From the NCBI RefSeq assembly GCF_006345805.1, contig NC_043006.1, positions 74,152,001 through 74,216,000 of the forward strand: a DNA stretch of 64,000 nt, in the 5' to 3' direction. Position 1 is the first letter of the stretch. Each line of letters opens with the position of its first letter. Made by a program: the position numbers and the translations under genes. Positions 54,735-64,000 of the stretch are shown here, one piece after another. The DNA comes from Octopus sinensis (taxonomy: Eukaryota). The notes under the pieces are model-generated. The model was not told the origin of the DNA and did no database searches. It was given only the letters and a program-made list of their open reading frames with translations.

Positions 54735-55330
54735 TTTGCAGGTAAGATGACGTAGTTAAAACTCTCCCTTGCTACCAGGTAGTTTCTGGTTCAGTTCCGC
54801 TTTACGGCACCTGGGTAAATGTCTCCTATTATAGACTTGCTTTGTGAGAGAATCTGTTCGGAAAAAATTGCATGGAAGCTGGTCGTATAAATAGACACAA
54901 GCGTAACTGCGTAGCAAGATCTTGTTTTCCAACCACACGGTTCCGAGTTCAGTCCGTTTGCAAAGCACCTCGGGCCGACCAAAGCCTTATGAGTGGATTT
55001 GATAGACGGAAACTGAAAAAAGCTCGTCGTATATGTGTGGGTGTATGCTTATGTGTATACATTTATGTGTGTGTGTCTTTGTGTCTCTTTTCGTTTGACA
55101 ACCAATATTGGTGGGCTTATGTCAAAAGTGAAGAATAAAAATAAGTATTGTGCGTTTATCTTACCCCACATCTTTGTAACCGGCGCTGTTTTATTTACTA
55201 ACTCGTAGAATTCCAGTTCGTGAAAAGAAAAAAAAAAGGATAGAAATACAGGCTTAACATATGTATTGGGATTGTTTTGTTCAAATAACCCTACAAATTA
55301 ACCGCTGTCTAATGACAGAAACGAGTAAAA
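54735..55330 (+). mobile_element. Nested or diverged family B SINE copies
   Basis: Two heads (~54735 and ~54900), CTCGGGCCGACCAAAGCC body and tail remnants. Confidence 0.65.
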
Positions 55331-55339
55331 GAATCACAG

Positions 55340-55559
55340 GAAGAAGTGCTGGGAAGTTCCTTGCTTTAAGGGCATCGTGAAAAGCCCGGTTGGAGGCCCA
55401 AACCTCTGCGTTCTTTTCCAGTGATTAGAAAAATCTGAAGGACTGCTGTATAAGTGTGTGAATTTGAGGGGAGAATATGTTAAGTAAATTCACAATTCAC
55501 TGACCCTCACCTGTATTTTCTTTTAGTTAAAGTCAGGAACTTTTCAGCACCTTCTTGTA
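55340..55559 (+). mobile_element. Mariner-derived MITE (~220 bp)
   Basis: Imperfect TIRs GAAGTGCTGGGAAGTTCCT / AGGAACTTTTCAGCACCTTC. Internal KCVNLRGEYV resembles the mariner C-terminus. Confidence 0.75.
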
Positions 55560-56249
55560 TATAAATGTGTGTGTACGTATATATATATATATATATATAT
55601 ATATACGAGGTGTTTGTTTAGCGTGTGCGAAAGCTTATGTGGTTCCCCCGTTTCTATTTGTATACATACATATGCCTGTATCTATATCTTTAATTTTGTC
55701 ATTTTTTTATCATTTCCTTGTAATGACTGTTCATTTTTACTTGTAATTTTTATTTCATTCTATTTTTACTTTTATTACCTATCATATAATATTTCCTTGT
55801 CTGTATTTCACAGCATGCGTGCAAACTCATTGAGCCATTCTGTCTGTTTTATCTAGTAACTGGCGCCAACTGCCTTGAATCCCTTAGCTTCTTATGACGT
55901 GGATGTGAGGTTTTTTCTTTTTCTTCCTTCCCCTTTCTCTGGATGTGTGGACAGATTTATTACCGCATATATTTAACATCAAAATAGCATTCCTCTATTT
56001 AACTCTCAACCGTATCGAAATGACTGTCAATATAAATTATATACTCTCCGTGCATAAAATCCTAGGTGTTAAATATTATTTTATCTCAATTTTAATTTAC
56101 CCGATGAAAAACATGTTTTATAAATGATGTAATTGATTTGAAATGAAAAGCACATTTGAAACAGCTGTAGTGGACCTCAGCCCAGTTGTGTTAACACACA
56201 CACACACACACACACACATACGTATATATATATATATGAAAACTAACAA

Positions 56250-56295
<46 letters not shown>

Positions 56296-56524
56296 AAAAC
56301 TAACAACTGTCCTGCCAAAAGGTGCAGTAGACCCATAGCTGTGATGAGGCTATTAGGTGTTGTTCATAGGCTCAACTATGAGTCCATTGCATCTTATAGG
56401 AGAATCAGCTGTAATTTGATGAAGTTCATAAGATATCATTTATTCCTTTGTCTTCTCATATTTTTTCAGACTACCTTCTATATAAGTCTAACCTTTCAAT
56501 ATGAAACATACGTATACATACATA

Positions 56525-56710
56525 TAGATCACGTGATCACGTGACCGACCAGGCAATCACATGTTGCTGCACATCGCTGGTCACAATGTGCTTCGCATTG
56601 TTTTAGCCTTCAAATGACGCCACCCCGCTGGCTACGCGAGCAGGCCAACAGAAGAAAGAGTGAGAGAAAGTTGTGGCGAGAGAGTACAGCATGGATCGCC
56701 ACCACCCACT
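56525..56710 (-). mobile_element. SINE body fragment related to family C (a similar fragment lies at ~8385-8560)
   Basis: Reverse complement GGTGGTGGCGATCCATGCTGTACTCTC matches 61990-62040. Confidence 0.6.
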
Positions 56711-56910
56711 GGCAGCCCGAACACCTTATGATATTTTCTGAAGCACACGTAAAATTAGATTTGATCTTGAAATTTTGTCCCTCTTTGAAGAGGAATTTTG
56801 ATCCTTCTAGAAGGTTTGGGCATATTGCGCAGTTTGGTCTACCACATTTTTTTACTTTTGCATCCGTTATTTGAGAAAACAATTTTGCCTTTGTGAGGAT
56901 CTATTTTTTT
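56710..56910 (-). mobile_element. Penelope-like element fragment (Cys-rich linker and start of GIY-YIG endonuclease)
   Basis: KCGRPNCAICP...FKIKSNFTCASENIIRCSGC resembles the CxxxxCxxC...FTCxSxN(xIY)xIxCxxC region preceding the YIG motif in PLE ORFs. Confidence 0.75.
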
Positions 56911-57314
56911 TGTGGGGATCTTTGTGAGAAAAGATATAAAGCAAAAGCTGACAACATTCTGTTTCTTCTAAACTAAATAATATTTATTTAGTCATACCCA
57001 ACAAGTTTGTTTATCTCTCTTATACCGGAAGAAATCCCTGATTACCTTCCCCTGCCTGGAACCCCATATTTCACAACCTAGCAAAGACATGACACGATGT
57101 AGATAAAGACATTTCAGAAATTTGAAAAGAAAATACGAAACTGGTTATTTCTCCCAAAACTATGTTACTATACACAAAATTTTCTAACATTTTTCTAACA
57201 AAACGACTTAAATATATTCTTTAACATTATAACACAAGCCTTCTGTAGTTTTTCACTCATTTTTATTTTTTATACATCCAGCCACGTGTTTTCATACATC
57301 AACTCTCTTACCTA

Positions 57315-57363
<49 letters not shown>

Positions 57364-57739
57364 GAGAACGTTATTTTAGATACCGATCTTATCAGGGGCT
57401 AGCATGGGAATAAAAACCTAGAAGGTAATAATTATTATTAACATTTGTCAAGTTTTGCTGCTATTTCTAGCATGGTGGTCTCTTAGATACCGTTAATTAT
57501 AATTTTAACACACACACACATATATATATACATATATATATATATATATTCTTTTTTTTCTCTAGTTTCAGCTCAGAGCTGCGGCCATGCTGATGCACCG
57601 CCGTTTTGTGCTACACTGTTATTACGAAGAACTTCGTGTAATATGTGGCACTTGGTGAAGAATGGACTTTGATATAGCTACTCTCATGTGCACCTCCATA
57701 GAACCATTATGGTTTCCTTATCTCTGGTTCTGAATGTTC

Positions 57740-58811
57740 TTAGGATCTACCCAGCCAGTCGTCTGCACTCTGTCGCCATCCTGGTAATGTGCATTGGAAA
57801 GAGGTATCATCACTCATGTCGATACCCAGGTCCCTCACAGACTTAGGCTCTGGGATTGAAATTCCCTGTGAACCAGTGTATCCTGTAAGTTTAATATTCA
57901 GTTTTGGATGCTGGTTGCGCAGGGTCAGGAATTTTTCAGCATTAACCTGCATATTATTATCCTCAGCCCATCTGTAGATTGAATCCAACTCCTGCTGCAG
58001 GTGTGCAACATCGCTGGGGTTCTGTATTTTCTGCGAAACTTTCGTATCGTCTGCATAGCTGGCCAGAGTGGCTATCCGGGCATTTGAGGGCGTATCTGAG
58101 AGGGCCACCATAAAAAGCAGTGGTCCCAAGACAGTGCTCTGTGGAACACCGCTCACCGTTTGTGTGTTCATAGAGGTGGCTCCATTAACCACTACTGCTT
58201 GACTCCTATCTTTCAGGAAGTCATGTAACCACACTCCAAGTTTTCCAGCTATACCGAGGTCACGCAGTTTGTGGCATATTATACCATGATCAACCTTGTC
58301 AAAAGCTTTTGCAAAATCAAGGTGGATTACGTCCACATTTGATTTGTTGAGTAACTGCCTCAACACCCCGTCATAATGTTGTAAGAGCTGGGTCAGGCAG
58401 CTCCTACCTGGTCGAAAACCATGCTGGGTATCACTCAGCAAGTTATTTTCCTCAAGGAATGCGATTAGTTTCTTTCTGACCATCCATTCTATGACTTTGC
58501 TGATGTGTGAAGTGAGAGATATAGGCCTATAGTTTTTGGCATCTGCTCTACTTTATGTATTGGGCATATTATTCCCTCCTTCAGCTTGCTTGGCAGTTTG
58601 CCATTCGCAAGAAAGCTCTGGAAGAGAATCTTGAAGGGTTTTGCCAGGGCATAGTACACGCTTTGAGGAGGATTGCTGAGAAACCATCTGGATCAGCAGC
58701 TGAGTTTGAGTCCACTTCATCTATGGCTAGTAGGACATCTTTTTCGCTAATGTCAATACATTCTATTGTAACCGCCTCGCTGGTTATATGTGAGGCGGCA
58801 AAGAAGTCCAC
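57740..58811 (-). pseudogene. LINE ORF2 reverse transcriptase domain (frameshifted)
   Basis: SAADPDGF, KNYRPISLTSHISK, QHGFR, LDFAKAFD and YADD motifs spread across frames. Confidence 0.92.
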
Positions 58812-58870
58812 TCATTTGTTCACTTGTCTGTGTTCCAACGGGGTGGTAAAGAAACTTTTGAACTGGTCAT

Positions 58871-60130
58871 TCAGCATCTCACTGATCTTAGTTGGACTGT
58901 CTGTGAAGGAGCCATCCTTTTGGAGGTGGGTCCTATCTTGTAGTGCACTGAGACTGTTTCTTTCGCGTAATGAAAGAAGGCCTTTGGGTTTGATTTAATG
59001 CTTTTTATAACCCGGGCTTCTTTGTCTGCTTTCTCCTTTACATAGGATTGTTGCAGCCTTTTTTCGATTTCCATCAGTTTTGTTTTTAGGCGGGATGTTT
59101 CGCTAGTTTTGGGATGTTGGTTGAGACGATTTGCAACCTTTGTCCGTCGTCTCATGAGGATCTTCCTGTCTCTTGGAATCTTGCTCCTATTTGTTTTGGC
59201 CTTGTGCTCTGGGACATATTTCTGGCATACGGCTTGCACAGAAGATATGAAACATTCTAGTTTCATGTCAATGTCTGGTGTGGAGAGACATTCCGGCCAG
59301 TCCTCTCTGACGATCTCTTTTTGGATCAATTTCCAATCTGCTTTGTGGAATTTCAGATTGGAGAGATTTCGGGTGCTTCCTTTAGGCTGTATGTCTCTGG
59401 TTACTTTTGGCCCAAACATAGACAGCTCTATTATGTTGTGATCCGAAACTGATGTCAGTGTCACTTTCACATCATGAATGATGTCCATATTGTTGGTGAA
59501 GCAGAGATCCAGAATGTTATTCGCCCTAGTTGGCTGGAGTACAACTTGCTCCATGAATAAGGCATTGGTGAGGTTGAGCAGGGACTCCACCTGTACTTGC
59601 TTGCAATGATTCCTTCCTGATAGTATGTGACCTTCGGGCCATTTGACGTTGGGGAAGTTGAAATCACCCATAAGAAATATGGTCACGTTGTGTTCCAGAT
59701 TCATGAGGATTTCTTTAATTCTTGTGAGGCAATCTTCAAACTTGCCTATGTGATTTGAGGCATCCGGTGGGCAATATGTATTGCATATGACTATATTATG
59801 TTGTCTTTTGTATACAATTAAAGTGTCACATACCGAATTTGAGTATGTCATTAAGACCTGGGGTGTGAGGTCATCTCGGATGTATACAGCAACTCCACCA
59901 TAGCTCCTTTCCCTTCTGTCTGTTCGCATTATGGCATAGTTTGGTATGTGTACTGCTGCGTCCTCTATATCAGGGTTGAGGTGAGTTTCCACAAGTGCTA
60001 TGCATAGGGATTGATTGCATGCAGTAAGATCTCGCAGGAAAGACATTTTGTTTCTATTTTGATGCAACAGGCCCCCAATATTTAGTAAAAGTATTGGGGT
60101 GACGGCTGTGCAGGCGTTAGGGGAGGCCAT
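58871..60130 (-). pseudogene. LINE ORF2 N-terminal AP-like endonuclease domain plus linker (frameshifted before RT)
   Basis: Probable ATG at 60130 (MASPNA...). EEP/APE catalytic motifs are visible in the translation. Confidence 0.9.
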
Positions 60131-60593
60131 CCCGTGTCTGTTGACTGTGGTGGTCTTGCATAGTTCCTTCTCTGGTGGGCAGGGTTCCTTCTCTGTGCTT
60201 GGTGTAGCCAGGTTAGCTGCCGGACAATTCTTTGCGCCATGCATAAAAAAGACTCTTGCTCAGCTGCTGCGTTGCGCAGAACGTCTGAGGAGCGCACTTC
60301 GTTTTTGAAACTTTTCCTGGGACACATTTCTTGTGTCCCCTCGGTAAAGCTTTTCTCTTTGAGTACCCTGAAGTTCTGGCGGGGTGTCGGGTGGGCGAAC
60401 CGGTAGTTTTTGCCGTCCTCACCATGCCAACATTTGCCCCGCACGTAGAATTTACAGGTTCTTCGGCGCCTTCCAGATTTCTTCTTTCCTGAAGTGTACT
60501 GGGTGGCATTGGATCCTCCATGGGGTTCTCTGCTGTTTGTGTGGTGGGTTGGGGTTTCAGCTTTGGTTGTTTTGCCTTTTCCTCCTTTTCCCT

Positions 60594-60597
<4 letters not shown>
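60082..60597 (-). pseudogene. LINE ORF1 remnant with CCCH-type zinc finger-like motif
   Basis: CKFYVRGKCWHGEDGKNYRFAHP (C-x7-C-x8-[Y]-x3-H) lies immediately upstream of ORF2, in a frame that overlaps the ORF2 start. Confidence 0.65.
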
Positions 60598-60627
<30 letters not shown>

Positions 60628-60653
60628 AGAGAGAAAGAAACAGAGAGATGTAT

Positions 60654-60701
<48 letters not shown>

Positions 60702-61202
60702 AAGCCCATACATCAACGATCTTTATGGACGCCCTTTTTTTCGCTTTTTCCCCATTATCTATTTTTATGAATAATTGTTTCAAGAAAATATTTTGGTGTT
60801 ATATTTGGTGTTATTCTATTTTCTTTCAGTACACATATGCCTCCCCTAAAGACACACCACATTAGAGAACCACGTCACACTATTACTATTTCTGCGTGTC
60901 TAGAATGACATTTATAAAAACACGAAAAAGTTATCTCACTTTACAATTATTTATTCATTTCTTTCTTTCTTTATTCATTTTTTCATTTATTTATTCATTT
61001 ATCTCTTTATTTATCTATTTATTTACTTTTAAATATATTTTCGCTCCCGGAAATGAGTGTATTTTTGAATACTTAATTCATCAAAATATTTCCTTTTGCT
61101 TTTATTTGAGAAGTTACTTAGTTACCTACATGGGAAGGTGACAGAACGTGCTTCTGTGTATATAAAAGTTTGTCAAGTGTATGCGTGTGTGTGGTGTGTG
61201 TG

Positions 61203-61237
<35 letters not shown>

Positions 61238-61857
61238 TAAGTGTCTGTTTGTGTGAGACCGAGAGAGAATGTGTGTGAGACAGAGAGACAGGGGGAGAGG
61301 AAGAGAAATTGAGAGAATGAGTACATTTGAAAAAGGGAGACACAGAAGGTAAAAGTACAACGATAAAAAAGCCAGTACTTATCCGAAAGTATCTATGTGT
61401 ATGTATAGTTTTTTCTGTGATGGTTACTGAAGATAAATTTATTTCATAAATAATTTACGCGCGCGCGTGTGCATGCGTGCGATTGCGTGTGTATGTATGT
61501 GTGATGTAAACATTTTACAAATAAGGTCACAGTTTTATGTAAAAATGCGTGTGTGTGCGTGCTAATGATTAGCCGTTAGAGTGTGTGCGTGTGTCTGTAT
61601 GTGTGCGTGCGCGTACATTCATCTGTGTGTGCATTTGCCGGTGAGAAATCAGGTGGGATGTGGAAACATTTTCTTTCGCAAATGTATGTGTACTGCAATG
61701 TATGTGTGTGTGCGTGTACGGGAATATATATGCGTGTATTAAAAAATATATATAGGATTAATAGAATAAGGAAGTATGCATTAGAATGTATGTGTGTAGC
61801 AGAATCACTGTCTGTATGTGCTGGAATATATATATACATGTGTATGTATGCATATAC

Positions 61858-62150
61858 ATGGAGGCGCAATGGCCCAGTGGTTAGGGCAGCGGACTCGCGG
61901 TCATAAGATCGCGGTTTCGAATCCCAGACCGAGCGTTGTGAGTGTTTATTGAGCGAAAACACCTAAAGCTCCACGAGGCTCCGGCAGGGGATGGTGGTGA
62001 TCCCTGCTGTACTCTTTCACCACAAATTTCTCCCACTCTTACTTCCTGTTTCTGTTGTACATGTGGCTGTGGAGTGCTCAGCCACTTACACGTTAATTTC
62101 ACGAGCAGGCTCTTCCGTTGATTCGGATCAACCGTAACCGACGGGGTGCT
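61858..62150 (+). mobile_element. tRNA-derived SINE family C
   Basis: GGCCCAGTGGTTAG A box and GGTTTCGAATCCC B box; body related to the minus-strand fragment at 56525-56710. Confidence 0.8.
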
Positions 62151-62180
62151 TCCATGCATATACATATGTATGTATGTATG

Positions 62181-62233
<53 letters not shown>

Positions 62234-62235
<2 letters not shown>

Positions 62236-62556
62236 GGGGGGGACTCCCGTCGGTCACGACACTGACCATGGGATTGCACCTGAAAGTTACCCTCCCAGGC
62301 ACAAGTCTGGGCAAGGTGGTTTATGGAAGACCAGCAGTCGCCCCTCTCCACGCCACCAGTGTTATCCAAGGGAAAGCAAAAGCCGATACAGCTTGGCCCC
62401 CGTGACGTCGCAACTCATTTCTACAGCTGAGTGAACTGGAGCAACGTGAAATAAAGTGTCTTGCTCAAGAACACAACAAGCAGCCGGTCCGGGATTCGAG
62501 CTCACAACTTCACGATCGTAAGTTCGACGCTCTAACTACTGAGCCATGCGCCTTCA
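62234..62556 (-). mobile_element. tRNA-derived SINE family D
   Basis: Minus strand GGCGCATGGCTCAGTAGTTAG...GAGCTCGAATCCC...CTTGAGCAAGACACT...CACTCAGCTG; related plus copy at 27295-27520. Confidence 0.8.
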
Positions 62557-62582
62557 TATATATATATATAATATATATATAA

Positions 62583-62644
<62 letters not shown>

Positions 62645-63725
62645 TATATATATATATATGTAAGTATGTATGATATATGTATGTATGTATATATGTATAT
62701 ATGTATGCATGTATATATGTATATATAGATATTTATATAGATTTCGTTTTTTTTATTTGGTTTGCAAGAATCTTTATGTGAATTCGATTGTTGAAGCGTA
62801 TTTTAATGCCTGGCTTTCTGAAAGATACGTTTAGCTTTCACTAGTGGAAGCAAAACTCTTATTTGAAGGTTGATTCTTTGCGAAGAATCATATGTGATTG
62901 TTTAAAAAGGGCTTGAATGACAATGCTAAAACATATTTGAAACAATGGACAACCGTCAAAATATCATAATGGCTGGGTAAATAAGCATCCTTAAGTGAAA
63001 CATCACATTGGTAGATAAACAAAGGTATCAACAAACAGAAGAGAGGGAAGGGAACGTTACCTTTTAAGTAACTCAGAATACTTAAAGTTAAGCTTGCCAA
63101 AGTTTGATGCAGTTTAAATTTGGAGATTGTTTGGATATTCATCGCGTACATTATTCCTAGTCAATATAAACACCGTGACAGGTGGGCAGTCGAAATAAAT
63201 AAACAGAATCCTTTTACTTTTATAAAAAGAATAAAAAAAGTATAGAAGACCCTCCATACAAAAAACCTATGTCCATTTATGCGGGAGCTCTGGGCAAAAT
63301 GTTCAATGCATGATCATCCTTGGGACATAAGTAATGTGTGTGTAAAGTTTGGTGAAAATCGGTTGGGAATTGTAAAAATGTATGCGTTCAGTGTTTGTAG
63401 TCAATTTAATAATCGTCGCTGGTGGACAGAGGAAATAAATAAATAAAATCCTTTCACTTTTATTTAAAATCTTAAAAAGTATGGAGGAGCCTACAGATTA
63501 TGAAACAGCTAGTTAATGCAAATGAATCGGAATCACATGTTCTTGGGTTTCCCTCACTCTAGAGGCCCCAGTATCGACTTATTAAAAGCTAAGTAGCATA
63601 TGTTCGGGCCTGGCATATGAAGTGGTTGTGAATAAAATTTTAAAGAAATTGGATGAAAGATGCAGAAGTTCTGAGAGGCATATTAATTTTTTGTACACCC
63701 TCCACACACACGCACATACACACAA

Positions 63726-63757
<32 letters not shown>

Positions 63758-64000
63758 GCACAAAACTTCAATGTAATAGATATTAAATATATATGTATAT
63801 ATACACACACACATGTATATATATATATATACACACATGTATATATATATATATACATATAAATATGCACACGTATAAAAATAAGTACGTATATATACAT
63901 ATATATATATATATAATATATATACATATATATATGCACACATAAAAAAATATGTACATATATATACACATATATATGTATATATATACACACACACACA

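Larger units (their letters stand above)
57561..60597 (-). mobile_element. Near full-length degenerate CR1-group LINE (ORF1 remnant, APE endonuclease, RT), with frameshifts and an internal 3' deletion
   Basis: APE motifs LLNIGGL, ETHL, DR..GGVAVYI, GDFN, LDLCF, SDHN (58871-60130). RT motifs NYRPISLTS, QHGFRPGRSC, DFAKAFDKVDH, GVPQ..VLGPLLF, YADDTK (57740-58560). Both ends abut (TA)n. Confidence 0.95.

Overview
AT-rich eukaryotic, repeat-dominated DNA with dense (TA)n/(TG)n/(TCTA)n microsatellites and a 100-N assembly gap. The repeat families and microsatellite density suggest a cephalopod (Octopus-like) intronic or intergenic region; that is inference. No host protein-coding gene could be supported, and almost all ORFs in the track are microsatellite or SINE artefacts. 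Real content: two CR1-group LINE copies (one near full-length with a CCCH-finger ORF1, APE and RT), a mariner transposase split by three SINE insertions, a mariner MITE, a Penelope-like GIY-YIG fragment, several non-autonomous Helitron-like elements and many tRNA-derived SINEs of at least four families. Most interesting: (1) a 2.8-kb tandem plus inverted array of ~570-600-bp units, each with a type I hammerhead ribozyme motif and both ends anchored in (TA)n (Penelope pseudo-LTR/retrozyme-like); (2) a tRNA-headed SINE carrying a minimal hammerhead; (3) SINE arrays of one head plus several bodies inside a single TSD, with a fixed junction suggesting a circular or multimeric template; (4) a SINE tail sharing sequence and a covarying hairpin with the CR1-type LINE tail; (5) locally templated inverted insertions. 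All coordinates and alignments were read by eye.
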